Source: Felis catus
Taxonomy: Eukaryota
DNA: 64,000 nucleotides
NCBI RefSeq assembly: GCF_018350175.1
Contig: NC_058368.1
Location: forward strand, 105,712,001 to 105,776,000
Direction of reading: 5' to 3'
In this document: one piece after another, positions 12,670 through 25,853 of the stretch
Position numbering within the stretch: position 1 is the first letter of the stretch
How the letters are laid out: every line of letters begins with the position of its first letter
Notes under the pieces: generated by a model
What the model saw: only the letters and a program-made list of their open reading frames with translations
What the model was told of the DNA's origin: nothing
Database searches by the model: none
Program-made: the position numbers and the translations under genes

Positions 12670-12720
12670 CTTCACAAGAAACGCCTTTAATCCTGGCAAA
12701 GCCTCTTGGGCAAGCTGTAT
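12670..12720 (-). CDS. FBN2: FBN2 exon 22, hybrid domain 2 C-terminal part (51 nt)
   Basis: (D)TACPRGFARIKGVSCE; cag| and |gtgagt. Confidence 0.94.
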
Positions 12721-13313
12721 CTGTGAGAACAACAGAACCTCATTACAAAAGGAAACATAAGTGTTTTAAGTTCACGAAACAGTATAACGGAATCTAAGTT
12801 GAACTGACTAAAAACCAGAAGCTGGGGTTTTAGAGGCCAAGGCTCCAGATGCCCTCTGATCAATTCAGTAGCGCGCGTGACATACGGTGGTAATTCCCAT
12901 CAGTGCTGAGCCACACTGAGATTCTGACAGTTTTCCTACAGTTCAGTCTTGCTTTTACATCCTCAGCTAAATTACAAATAGACAAGTAAAAAGATATAAG
13001 GCAAAGAGACGCCATCTTCTACTTGGGCACATGCAGACACAGATCCTGAAGGATACTGACAGTCACTGAGCAGCTAGATTCCAGCTAGTTCCCTTCCTTG
13101 TCGAGGGTGCTCAGAAGGTCTGCTTACAGTCAAGGGATAAACCAAGTACCTGTTTCAACAAGTGAATGAATTTCAACAGAAAAGATTTAACAGAAAAGGG
13201 TCGTGATCCTATGGTCTTCCTCACTATGGAAATACATAGTGAGACAGGTGTCTGGCTATGTGAAGGAGAAGCTCCTGTGACAAGCCCAGAAGGAGCCCTG
13301 GACGGCCCCCTAC

Positions 13314-13451
13314 CTAGTTCACACCGTTCACAGGGGCTGCCCCAGGCAGCTCCGAGCGTGGCACAGCATTCGGATTTCAGAGTGGCTCCATTAATGTTCA
13401 CCTCACAGCGGTTGTCTTGGATGTTGAGCCAACACGTCCCTTTCAGGCTGT
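13314..13451 (-). CDS. FBN2: FBN2 exon 21, hybrid domain 2 N-terminal part (138 nt)
   Basis: (D)[45 protein letters not shown]; cag| and |gtaggg. Confidence 0.96.
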
Positions 13452-13970
13452 CTGAAAAGGAACAGGAAGGAATGGGGAGCTCTCATCTCTGAAGACAATG
13501 CAATGCAGTTATAAACGACATAGGCAATTTTTACAGTATTTAACAAGAGCATTATTTTAAAAACGTTTCACTGCGTATGTTTCGAACCTATTTATGTGTA
13601 CATGTATTTTAAATATACCATATTACACGTAAGCCCAGTATTATACCATGTACATCTCATAAGGTATGATAATTTTTATAATGAAATCTAGTGATACTCC
13701 ACAAGCGGCCACTGTTGTCTAAGATTTTATGCTGGTATTTACAAACACAGTGCATTACCACGCTAAGATCATTACTTGTGTGAAAAACACTCACAAGATT
13801 TATCTCTTATGATAAATGCTCTGATATTTAAGATTTTACCAAATAAAATTCCTTAAATGATTTCCTTCTCTTGTAATCCCCCACCAAACAAACCACACAC
13901 AATTTACGTTCTAGATCAGAGACACCAGTATTTCTCTAACTGAAGATAATGATTTGATGAATAATTTATT

Positions 13971-14195
13971 TTTTAAAAAAAAATTTTTTTTTCAACGTTT
14001 ATTTATTTTTGGGACAGAGAGAGACAGAGCGTGAACGGGGAAGGGGCAGAGAGAGAGGGAGACACAGAATCGGAAACAGGCTCCAGGCTCTGAGCCATCA
14101 GCCCAGAGCCCGACGCGGGGCTCGAACTCACGGACCGCAAGATCGTGACCTGGCTGAAGTCGGACGCTTAACCGACTGCGCCACCCAGGCGCCCC
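13971..14195 (-). mobile_element. CanSINE, young felid subfamily
   Basis: Perfect 15-bp TSD gatgaataatttatt (13956-13970, 14196-14210) followed by an A-run, an L1 endonuclease-type site. Confidence 0.96.
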
Positions 14196-15189
14196 GATGA
14201 ATAATTTATTAAAAAATTACAAGATAAAGAAGAAAAGAAACATCACCCAGGACACTACCACTAAGACTCATCAGGGCTAATACCTGATGGATTTTTCTTT
14301 CAGGCATTTGCCTAGACATACCATATATGTAGCTTTAACTCTCCTTCAAAGAAGAATGCATGCTGATGGCCAACTATCTGAAGAAAGAGAAGGGACCATA
14401 TAAAAAGGACGTGTACCCAACCATCTAGCGGTAACTACTCTTACTTTTTAGTCTGTCTCCATATCACATGTAACTGAGGATCTTCCTTACGTGACTGCTG
14501 AATAGCTTATTTTGTAATGGTGACAAGGAATCCAGCAAAGTTGACGGGGCAAATAGGAGTTGGGTAAAATAAATCCTACACGAAGCCTTCCTTACAGCAC
14601 TGCGGCTCTCAGTTCAGGGTGCGTGACACTGCCAAGGCTCTTGTTCAAATGTGGATTCACAAGTCTGCAGGTGTGCGGCCTAGGAGCCTGAGGAGTTGAC
14701 AAACTCCTTAGGTGAGTACTACAGTCTGACAGAAACTTAACAGCCTACTGAGGCACACATGCTCGGAGAACAATAAAGAAAAAAGTATATTTCCATGGTA
14801 TGTACCTTAAAATTCATTTAATAATGCGGGTAAAGCTTTACTGCTAAATACAACAATAAAAATAAAGCATAATGGGAAACAGTGAAAGAGAATTACAGTA
14901 AAATTGCAGGTTCAGAAGCCACTGTGGTTTCTGAGTCCTGACTGAACGCAAGCAAGGTAGGAGTAAGTGCCCTGTTGCCCAAGGCCTCAGGGCGAGAAGT
15001 GAAAACAAAGTAAGTAACACGAAAAGGGATGGGGAGCCTTTCTTTGGTGCAAGATTCAGTTTGGGTGGAAAACTGTGTGCAAATGAAAAAAGACTTTCTC
15101 ATCAGACTGTATCAGGTCTCAAATGAATGGCTTTTTATAGGGCTTTTCCCATCTTCATTTATTTACACGTGAAAATAGCCTCTAAGGTA

Positions 15190-15330
15190 GCTACAATTTG
15201 CAGAGGAGAAAACTGAGGCCCGCAGAGGTCAGCTAGTTTACCACAAGGTCACCCGGGTGGTACAGTGTCCACATCACAACTCAAAGCCGCACACAGTCTG
15301 ATTTCAGAGCCTTCACTTTGTAACACCATG
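15190..15330 (-). mobile_element. MIR remnant
   Basis: gcagaggagaaaactgaggccc...aaggtcac...gtctgatttcagagcc resembles the reverse MIR core. Confidence 0.7.
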
Positions 15331-15489
15331 TTTCTTTTGGCTGGCATGGTATCAGCACTCAAAAGTCACAAAATCCACTGATACACATATCCATACATAC
15401 AGATGCAGCTCTCTTGCTCTGATTGTTTTTGTGTGTGTGTATAGACATACACACAAACACACATCAGATGTAGTTATGTAGTTGTGTGG

Positions 15490-16260
15490 GTAGGGGCTGG
15501 TGAGAACTCTGAAAAAAATAAAGCAGGATAAGCAGTCTTGAGGGTGTACGTTGGAAAAAGACTGTTATATTAACAAAGGTCGTGAGGGAAGACCTGACCT
15601 ACAATGTCAACTCTAAGGAAAGACGGTAGGGTAGCAGACAATGAGAAGACAAAGATAAGATAGAGGCTACAGTAGTAATCAAGAAGAGAAATAATATGGG
15701 CTTGGATGGGTGGGTTGCTGGTGGTAGGTAGTGCTGAGAAAAGGAATATGGATAAATGGAATATGGATAATATGGAATATGGATAAATGTCAAATATAAT
15801 CAACAGGATTTGCTGATGGATTCAATGGGTGTTTCAAAGAAAGGCATAAAGATGACTCCAAGGTTTTGCGGGCTGCTGATTGGCAAAATGGAACTGCCAT
15901 TTGCCGAGACAGAAGTCATTCTGGGAGACACAGGTCCAAGCCAAAAGACAGCAATTCCGTTTTGGCCATGTTAAGTTTGAAGCATCTATTGGACATCCAA
16001 ATGGAGACAGCGTGCAGACAGTTGGAAATATAAGTCTGGAATTAGTGGGGAGGTTGAGGAAGGAGACGAACATGTGAGGGTCAGTGTAGAAGCCATTTAA
16101 GTGTGAGTGTAGACAGAGAAGCCAGGAGGTCCAAGGACTGACCAGGGTGACACTTTAAGCTGGAGGCCAGGAGGACACAGAAGACACAGGGAACTGAGAA
16201 AAAGGGGTCAGAAAAGTGAAAGGAGAAGAGAAGGCCAAAAATCGAAAACTTCTTGAGAAG
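15490..16260 (-). mobile_element. LINE-2 remnant
   Basis: Minus strand ccagacttatatttccaactg...tccatttggatgtccaatagatgcttcaaacttaacatggccaaaac matches recalled L2 3' region; boundaries approximate. Confidence 0.8.
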
Positions 16261-18372
16261 AGCACTGCTAACAAGTAAAGGTAAGAAAGAAGCAAGGATC
16301 GCTTGTTACCAGGGAGACCACTGCTCTTGTCATTGTCAGGTCCATGTCACTGAGGACAGCACACAGACATAAGCCAACGATGAGAGAAATTGGTCTGGAT
16401 CACAAGGAGTCATCCCATGGCTGAGCAGTGTCATCCAGGAAAGATTAATCAAATGTATTGTTCTATTACACTGAATCATTTTCAACCAGAATACAACGAA
16501 TGGTCTTTTCAAGCAGTTTACGGAACAGTTTATGATTAACTTACACTTAGGGAGTCTGCAGAATATACTCTAAATCTCTCAACATTCTAAGTATCTCACC
16601 AGTTTCTATATGCTCTAACTTAATTTTAAATTAGTAATCATATCAGGGAATTTTTATTCAGTTCTAAATAGAGACATTTGGCTGTAATGAAAAAGCGGTT
16701 TGCAGACTGAACACTGATTAGAGACACTGTCAGTCCTATTACAAATTTTCCTATTTTTTTCTATGTATGTTTTACAACCTATTTCCATTTTAAAGCTAGA
16801 ATTCTGTTTTCAATGAAAAAAACCATAAAATTATATCTAAAATTTTAAAATATTAAGTAAATTTCTTTGCGAGCAGCTCTAGGCTGGGATAGTCAAGTTT
16901 GATCACGTCCCGTAAAAACTCCCAACACACCAGCTGAGAAAAATATGGTGGTGTTTAGTGTCCAAATAATGACTCGGGAGTAAAAAGTCTTTGTTCCTTT
17001 TTCATTAATAAATAGAAAGGAAAAAGGCCAAAATAAGAGAAGTCTTTACGATGAAGCAAAAACTAAGGTACTTTTGATGCCCAAGTGGCATACAGGTTTA
17101 GTTTTCTGCGACATTAATTAATTCACATTAACTGACAATTAATTGACATTAATTAATGCAGACTTCATTTCCTTTGCACAATAAAATGACTCCATTTCAG
17201 CTGGCAACTGTGGCCTAGCAAAAATATTTCTGCCTTTCCGGGATCCGACTCCACCCCTCCCCCAAAGGAATTCTATAAGAAAAAAAGTAGTGCCCCAGGC
17301 AGATGGCAGTCTGTTTCCTAATATGGAAAGCGAGCAAGGCTCAAATTTCACCAGCTGTACCTCACGGGGAGCTGAAGAGCTGGCGTTTCCAAAGGGAAGG
17401 TTTTCATTGATAATTTTGGAGTAGGTCTTTTTTCTTCATGTAACAAACAGGTATTCTAACATCCAGCTCACTGGTATAAGCATCAGACATAGTACTGAAA
17501 ATACTATTGTCTTTCACAAACATTCAACTGAAAATTCATGCTGGCTAGATAACAAAAACTGACAAATTACTTGGCACTGTGTAAAACTAAAATACCTTCC
17601 GATCTGGAAATATATATATTTAGTTTACTTTAAAAGTGAACACTAGGTAACCCTGCGAACTGTCCTATGTCTGGCCGACGGGGCCACAGACAGTGAGACA
17701 GTTTTCCCTATTACATGTGCTGAATTGCTTCTTGCAATAACAGATCAGACTATCTTGTTTTAAGTATATCCTACCATCATTATCACAAACTGACCTTAAA
17801 TGTTCTGAGACCTATAAAAAGATACCAGTTTGGAAGTTTCAGCATCTTTCTCCTTAAATTTCCAACAGCGGGAAACGTTATCTTTCCTTCTTTGGGCCTA
17901 TACATTTACGATTGATGGGGGAAATGAAAAAATAATAACTTCCCTCTATTTGTTTCAAGGCCTCCAATTCTTGTCCTATTAACTGAGACCAAATTCTATC
18001 ACATTATTGTTCTGAATCGTGTTATAAAAAGTATGCAGCAGGGATTTGATTGCCTCGGTTCCTAAGGCATTCTAGGGTAGCAAACATAAATCTGTGTGTG
18101 GTATGCAAATGCTCATGATCTACAGCATAATGTATCTACTCCTGTGACAGGAACACTTCTTAGAAGCTAACAAAATTCAGAAGCCCGCCCGCTTCCCGCC
18201 CGCTTAGGCTATCATGTTTTACTCCGATCCTGATAACCAGAGCAAACAACTCAAGAAACTCCTAATTACTAGCTTCCTGTAATCATGTTCCGTTTTCATC
18301 CACAGTAAAGCCTGCGGTCTCTACTTATGTTGGCAGTGAAGCTGAAACACCAGCCCTGTGTATGAATCTTAC

Positions 18373-18492
18373 CAATACAGATCAATCCTGTTGAGCTGAG
18401 TTTGCTGCCAGGAGAACATTCACAATTGAAAGATCCAAGGTTGTTCCTGCAGGCCCCATTGACACATGGGTTGCTTTCACATTCATTTATAT
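18373..18492 (-). CDS. FBN2: FBN2 exon 20, cbEGF9 (120 nt)
   Basis: (D)[39 protein letters not shown]; tag| and |gtaaga. Confidence 0.96.
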
Positions 18493-19580
18493 CTACAATC
18501 CAGGAGGAAAAGATTCTGTTAGAACTGCCATGTGTTTCTGGAAAATATTATTCCAACAAGCCATGCTATGCCAGAATGTCTGGTAAACTTGGCTGTTGCA
18601 ATTTTAATATGGATCTAGGAGGCATAAAGTGAATGGGGAACGGAGACATGAATTTTATAGCATGGATACACGCAGACAGGACTAGGGGCTCAGTAGGACT
18701 ACAGGAATCAGCCCAGTATTGTGAAAGGATTTAGTACGTTACCTGTCACTCTTTCACTACCACTTTGCACAAATTGGGATTGATTTCCCCCACAATAAGA
18801 CAGAACTGTCCTGTGGGAAATCTCAATTCTGAATGGATGGAAAACAACCATATTCCTGGGTACAATATGCTGGGCACAAACAAAGGTTGACTGTTTCTGT
18901 CATTTGTGGCTCTGGGAGGTTTTAGAAGAATTAAAAAAGCCTGTGTTAGAGACAATGTATCACAATGCTGCCTTTCATTCCAAACTGCTGGAAAAAACTC
19001 AGGAAACCAGGGATGAAACTTTAATACTGAGTAGAGTATTCTCTTTCAGTCTTCATCTACCTGCCTCTCTCTTTAGCCTGTTTACATTTACACGTTTGGT
19101 GCATAGACTTTAAAAAAATCAAAACCAAAACAAAACAAAACTGATTTTGGTAAAATAAAAAAAGAGAACTTTTAATTGCTTAAAACACACCTTTGCTGTC
19201 ATTAATCTGCTTTGAATCGTTCATCAACTCAGATAGCATAATCCACACAATCCTTACTGACTGTCATAAGTAAACAAGCACACCCATGTTCTCAAGTGGT
19301 AACTAAAGCAATTGTCAAGCCAATAAAATTAGTTTAACGGGAGTTAATTACAAACAAATACAAGCTTCAGTCCAAGTACTAGAAACAATACCCAAAACTG
19401 ACTCCCAGTATAAACTCAACCATTCAATTTAAAGAAAGGATACAGATTTTTTTTTTTTTTGTACTTGGTTAATTATGTAAAACAGGTCAGCATACCCCAA
19501 GGCATTTTTTGTTGTTGTTGACCACAAGCATTTCTGAGCTCACCAGGGTACTGGTACTTTTTTTTTTTCCTAAACACCTT

Positions 19581-19801
19581 TTTCTTTTTTTTTTTTTAAT
19601 GTTTTTATTTATTTTTGAGACAGAGAGAGACAGAGCATGAGCAGGGGAGGTGCAGAGAGAGAGGGAGACACAGAATCCGAAACAGGCTCCAGGCTCTGAG
19701 CTGTCAGCACAGAGCCCGATGCGGGGCTTGAACTCACGACCGTGAGATCATGACCTGAGCCGAAGTCGGACGCCCAACCGACTGAGCCACCCAGGCGTCC
19801 C
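19581..19801 (-). mobile_element. CanSINE
   Basis: Full length; TSD ~aacacct(c)tt. Confidence 0.94.
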
Positions 19802-21798
19802 AACACCTCTTCGAATTAAATATAAAATACTATGTTGAGGAAAACATAAAAATAACTAAACGACTGCAATGCTTGCTCTTGAATGCCCAAGTCAAATATA
19901 AATTAAATTGCTCCTGAAAAGACAGGGCTCACTGTTGACTTGCAAGTCTATGGACTTGAAACACAAATTTAAAAATCAACGTGGAAAACAGGTATATACC
20001 CTCTTTGCTACTTCAAAATTACTAAGGAAGTACCTAAGTACTAATTTAATTCTTGAAGCAGAAATTGAGGAAATATGAATGCATCTTTTTTTGTTTTTAA
20101 TCACTTTGTATCAAGAAATCCTCTTAAAACAAAAATGCAAGAGCGGGTTTTGTAAATATAGCACAGATTTAAAATGAAAGCATCTATTCCAGAGTACTGC
20201 AATTCTTTTAGTAAAAACACAACGTGAAGAGGGAACCAGATAGTCAAAAAAAAGCAGATAACTAATCTGAGGACAAACTATATATAATTCACCTATGAAT
20301 TTCATTTGTAAGAAGCTCCTAAAAAAAGCAAAATGTCAATTATCATATATTTTGAAATCCCTATTCTAAATTAAGCAATTATGAACTCCCAAACTATAAA
20401 CACACACAATGACGGCTACAAATATCAATGGTTTAATTTTTCTTTAAATACAATGTTTTTATGTTACAAATGTCATGGAACCAGGAATTGAAACAGTTCA
20501 CTGTACATTCCTGGAAATAAACTTCAAAGCACATCTGGTTTACATTTAACTAGTTATGTCACTGGAAACACAATCTAAACCACAGTGCTTGCTGTAAAAA
20601 TGTTAACTTTCACAGACTTGTGGAGCTCAAACAAAAAAAGTAAAATAAATTTTTTGAAACTTTAGTCTGAACTATCAGCGGAACTTTATTATTACTGCTA
20701 TTTATTATATATTTAAAATAGCCTGTTGAAAACATGAACGACAAGCAAAATTAGTGACTACAGTAAATATATACAGAGAAAGCTGGAGTCTCCACTGAAT
20801 CTGCTAATAATTCCCAGCCTAGTCTTTGGAAATTAGTTTAGAAAGGACAGAATAAAGAGAAATGCTTCAGGCAGACACATTTACTGTGTGAATGCAATGG
20901 CAGAAATGAGAAGACCCAAGGGAAAAAGACAATCACGGCCTTCAAATCTTTTTTTTTTTTTAAACACTTAATAAAATGCAAATGACTTAACAGTGGGAAG
21001 AAAGTGAGAAATAAGCTATTTGGTTAGGTTTCTCACAATAAATCACTTTTATTTCCACAAATGCCATCAGGCTAGAGCCAACATATTTCTCTATCATTTC
21101 TCTTCTATTTACATAACATGAGCTTCGTTCTTATGAATGACAGATACGAAATATTTTTCATATTAAAGAAAAGGCTTAGATTTATCAAGAACAATTATCC
21201 TTTGGACAAAAGTAAAGAGCACTCATTCTAACTAACACTGTTGCCTGATTTGGTCCCAATGTCCCTCATATTTATATAATCATCCAACCATTTGCTTAAA
21301 CACCATTCGCTCCTACTCTTCAATTGTTCCTGCAGGCAGGTGAGACCCTGCCTTTTATTTATGCGTTAGTACCCTTCACTTCCATTTTACTTGTTACAAT
21401 GGTGGGAAAATGCTATAAAAATCACTGACAATTCAGTGTACAAACACAACTGGGACCAAACTGATTCAAAGACACCATCCACCTCGTTCCCCATTATGTG
21501 CCTCTCTCAAGACAGGACTAAAGGGTATTTTGACAGGGCAGGGAAACTAGTTCATCAGCTTCCCTGTTAAACCAAGAAGGTATCCTAAGCTGACATGCTT
21601 TCAGAGTTTCCTGACCCTTAAGAGAAGCTCATCCTCACAAACACAAAAGATAAAACTGATCAAGCACAATGGGAAGGAAATGCAGAAAGTTGGGAATAAA
21701 GAAAAAAACAAAACACCACAACTCTTGAAATCCCTTCTTGCTGCCTCAAAAAAAAAAAAAAACCTATAGAGGAAATATGGCTAGAGTATTTTTTTTTT

Positions 21799-22021
21799 AA
21801 TTTTTAAAAATTTTTTTTTCAACGTTTATTTATTTTTGGGACAGAGAGAGACAGAGCATGAACGGGGGAGGGGCAGAGAGAGAGGGAGACACAGAATCGG
21901 AAACAGGCTCCAGGCTCTGAGCCATCAGCCCAGAGCCCAACGCGGGGCTCGAACTCATGGACCGCGAGATCGTGACCTGGCTGAAGTCGGACGCTTAACC
22001 GACTGCGCCACCCAGGCGCCC
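21799..22021 (-). mobile_element. CanSINE, young felid subfamily
   Basis: TSD ctagagtattttttttt on both sides. Confidence 0.96.
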
Positions 22022-22140
22022 CTAGAGTATTTTTTTTTTTACAGAGTATGTTTCTCAGAGCAATTCTGAAGGATAATATAGGAAACACTCTAGCTGAATA
22101 CATTGGTGACACCTGAGCTACTTAAAAAAGACAGCTTTTC

Positions 22141-22348
22141 AGCAGCATCTGGGGGCCTCAGTCAGCTAAGCATCCCACTTCGGTTCAGGTCATGATCTCA
22201 TGGTTCAAGGGTTCGAGTCCCGTGTCAGCCTCTCTGCCAACAGCTCAGAGCCTGGAGCCTTCTTCAGATTCAGCGTCTCCCTCACTCTCTGACCCTCCTC
22301 TGCTCACACTCTGTCTCTCTCAGAAATAAACATTAAAAAAAAAAAAAA
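22141..22348 (+). mobile_element. CanSINE (diverged head)
   Basis: TSD aaaaaagacagcttttc; gttcgagtcc B-box; CT tract; poly(A). Confidence 0.92.
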
Positions 22349-23534
22349 GACAGCTTTTCTATCGTTTCTGCTCAACTATGGAGAAGATGAATCTTCAAGT
22401 ACTTTAACTAGGACTGAAAGAAAGAAGTGTTGCTCTTTGAGGAGCTCCTGCAAGAGGTGGGGGTAGTAGGGGGACAGGTATCAGGACTGAGTTTAGAGAA
22501 ACTGCCTTTTATACTTAGGGTTTTTTTTTTTATTGTTTTGTTGTTGTTGTTGTTTTCTTTAGGCTTATTGGTATTTTTCAATGGTCCCTCCAATTCAATC
22601 CAAACTTAGAATTGCACTTTGTAATTGCATTTCATTGACTTCAGCTGAGTCACTTGTGTTCTGGCATCTTGTTCAAGCCCTAACTTGTTTCAGTTCATAA
22701 GAATGCTTTGAAATGAAACAATAAGAAGAGAGAATGGTAACATCTTTTTGCATCATATTACTACTGCTCTTTTCTTGGCTATGGAGTCACCAAAAAAGAA
22801 CTATTTCAACAGAAAAGGAAAGGTCTATTCAAAATAATTAGAGATGGAATCTTTTTTTAAGTAACTTTGGCAGCAGTTTCTGGATTTGAGACCTTCAGAG
22901 GACACTTGTGTAGATGCCCCCTCCCACCGCCCCCACACTCCCCAGGAAGACTTAAAAAGAACAATGACTAGGAGTCAGACAACGGATTATTCAGAAATAC
23001 ACAGGACTTAGATAAAGAAACAAAATCATAATTGAATGCCCTGCTTGCTTAGCTGGTATCTCACTGAAAATGAGGCCCTTTGTCATGTAAGTAATTCACA
23101 CAGCATCCACTATACAAAAATGTGGTTAAAAGAAAGAAGTTTTTAACCAGTGATTTACTATCAATAAACCTAAATGGTAACTTTTAAATCATCAAATGGC
23201 AAGCACAATTTCCTTAGACTATATATTTATGGTGACCATTTTTACTCAGGCCCCAAATATTTTCTGGGCCAATCTCTGAGGTGTATCAATCAATCCATAG
23301 AGAAAGTGCCTCAGGGCTGACTCTGACATTACCTTCCAGGTTTCCCCGAGGCTAGTATATGACAGTTTTTAAAAGGGGAAAAGAAAACAAAAAAAATCTG
23401 ACATTTAATTTCAGCAAGTAAAACAAACTGGCTCCTTTCACTAGTCCCCCAACCCAAATTTCAAAATGTTTGTTGATATTTTACCTGAATGGAACAAAAC
23501 TGATAGGTTTATAAACTGGGTTAGGTACATACTA

Positions 23535-23763
23535 TTTCTTCTTTTTTTTTATTTTTTTTATTTTACTTTTATTTACTCTTGAGAGAAAGAGACAGAGCGT
23601 GAGTGGGGGAGGGGCATAGAAAGAAGGAGACACAGAATTCAAAGCAGGCTCCAGGCACTGAGCTGTCAGCATAGAGCCCGACGCGGGGCTGGAACCCAGA
23701 ACTGTGATCTCATGACCTGAGCTGAAGTCAGACATTTATCCAACTGAGCCACCCAGGCGCTCC
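23535..23763 (-). mobile_element. CanSINE inserted at the tail of an older SINE
   Basis: Full-length reverse complement; head abuts the T-rich tail of the next element. Confidence 0.92.
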
Positions 23764-23886
23764 TTCTTTATTTTTTTAAGGTATATTTATTTACTTAAGT
23801 AATCTCTATACCAACCCTGGGGCTGAAATTCATGACCCTGAGATTAAGAGTCAGATGCTCTACCAAATGAGCCAGCCAGACACCCC
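23764..23886 (-). mobile_element. Short, old CanSINE lacking the CT tract
   Basis: Minus strand ggggtgtctggctggctcatttggtagagcatctgactcttaatctcagggtcatg...gagattacttaagtaaataaa. Confidence 0.85.
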
Positions 23887-24057
23887 AGTACAGGTGATTT
23901 CTCAAAATTGATAGATGAGGCTGAAGGAGATCATTGAATTTTAAAAATATTCAAACAATACTCTGTTCACTATCTTTTTTCATCAATGTACTTGACAAAC
24001 ATCGATGGCCATCTAGGTACTTACGCTTCACAACTAGGCAAGCAAGACATCTCTTAC

Positions 24058-24183
24058 CTTCACATGTCTCTGTCTCTGTTCTGAACACATACCCAGGTGG
24101 GCACGTGCAACTGTAACTTCCAGGCGTGTTTCTGCACAGGCCATTGTCACAGAGCAGTCTGTTTACCAAGCACTCATCAATGT
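24058..24183 (-). CDS. FBN2: FBN2 exon 19, cbEGF8 (126 nt)
   Basis: (D)[41 protein letters not shown]; cag| and |gtaaga. Confidence 0.97.
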
Positions 24184-24314
24184 CTGAAAACCGCCATTCA
24201 AAGACAGGAGAAACACATGTTGAAATGAACAATCCGATGACCAATAAAGTTTTATTTTTATTTTTATTTTTCCTCATCCCCTCCTTGATTTCATCTCTCC
24301 TTTTAAAAAGTTAA

Positions 24315-24560
24315 TATATTTTTAAGTGAAGTACAGTTGACATGCAATATTATATTAGTTTCAGGTTTACAATATAGTGATTCATTATTTATATATATCA
24401 TGCAATGCTTCCCATGGTAAGAGTAATTACAAATTTTTTACAATATTATTGACCATATTCCCTGTGCTGTACTTTTTATCCCTGAGACTTATTTATTTTA
24501 CAACTGCAAGTGGACACTTCATTTAATCCCCTTTGCCTATCTCACTGTCCCGCACCCACC
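24315..24560 (-). mobile_element. LINE-1 3' end fragment (L1MA or L1_Carn-like)
   Basis: gaagtacagttgacatgcaatattatattagtttcaggtttacaatatagtgattc resembles reverse-complemented L1 3'UTR. Confidence 0.75.
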
Positions 24561-25386
24561 CCGCCAAAAAGACTTAGTCTCTTTGTGCCCACAGTACATT
24601 CCTTGATCCTAAGCAAAATATATTCGGTTTTACTTGTACAAGAACATTCTTATACTGGTGCCTATTTTGAAAATGTTCTTAAGTCCCTGAATGAACACAC
24701 ACACACACACTATATATTTGAAAGCACCAATGAAATACATCTAAAGATTACTCACTCACCTATATACTTGTTTATATATAATAAAAACAAGAGATGATTT
24801 TAAAAAGTTTTTTTAAATTAAAATTCTAATCAAAATGCGTTAAATGGCACTAAACAAAAGGTGCTTACTACTCTTTTTCCATTAGGTTTTTACTTCAGAC
24901 ACAATTCATTATTTATGGGGAATTAATGATCTATTTTGTATATTCTGTTAGAAGTCTACAACAGCCTAGAAAATATTATGTAATGCTCAGGTTTAAGAAG
25001 CTCACACTGAGTTTTACTTCATGTCTGTGCTCATTTTTGCAAATGTAGTTAATAACAGAAAGAAATAAAAAATGAAGGGTGGGGAGCATAGTTCCTTTAA
25101 CCTACAGTTATATTTTTAGTCTCATGAATAACAATTGTACCTTACCAAACGATATACAAGGTATACTGTTGTAAAAATTTGGAAAACAGATATTGGAAAA
25201 ATATTTGCTGTACTTCTATCAGCACCGATAAATATTATTTTTTGTGTCTTATCTGATCTTTTTTCGTTTGGATGTTATGTTTTTGCTCCCATTCTGACTT
25301 GGTAACGCTATATTTTAAGCAGTTCCACACACTTCCCCATGATTGTGTCAGCTTGCTGCATCACACATTATTTACCTACTATTCCA

Positions 25387-25853
25387 TGCTTTGGGTTAAA
25401 ATGTGTTCCTCAAAAAAACTTAGGTTGAAGCCAGTATGTGACCTTATTTGGGAAAAGGAAGGTTATAGAAGTAATTAAGCTAAAGTGAGATCATTAGGGT
25501 AGGATGTAATCCAATATGGCCACTGTCCATAAAAAAGGGGAAATGATGTGAAACAGAGCAGGAAGAGGAAGTGAAAAGACACGGAAAAGATGTACATGTG
25601 ACCAGAGTGATGCAACTGCAGGCCAAGGAACATCAAGATTGCAGGCAAACACCTGAAGCTAGAAGAGCAAAGGAAAGATCCTGTCCTGGAGCCATTAGAG
25701 AGAGCATAGCCCTCTCTCTGAATACCTTGATTTTGGATTTCTGGCTTCCCAAATTGTGAGACAATGAATTTCTCTTGCTTGAAGCAACTCAAACTTTGCA
25801 GGTTTTTTTGTTTTTTGTTTTTTTTACAGCAACCCTAGCCAACTAAAACTACA
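25387..25853 (+). mobile_element. MaLR solo LTR (MLT1C-like)
   Basis: TG...CA ends; gtgaccttatttgg, gccaaggaacatcaagattgc, accttgattttggatttctggcttcc, actgtgaga-like and ttacagcaaccctag motifs. Confidence 0.85.
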
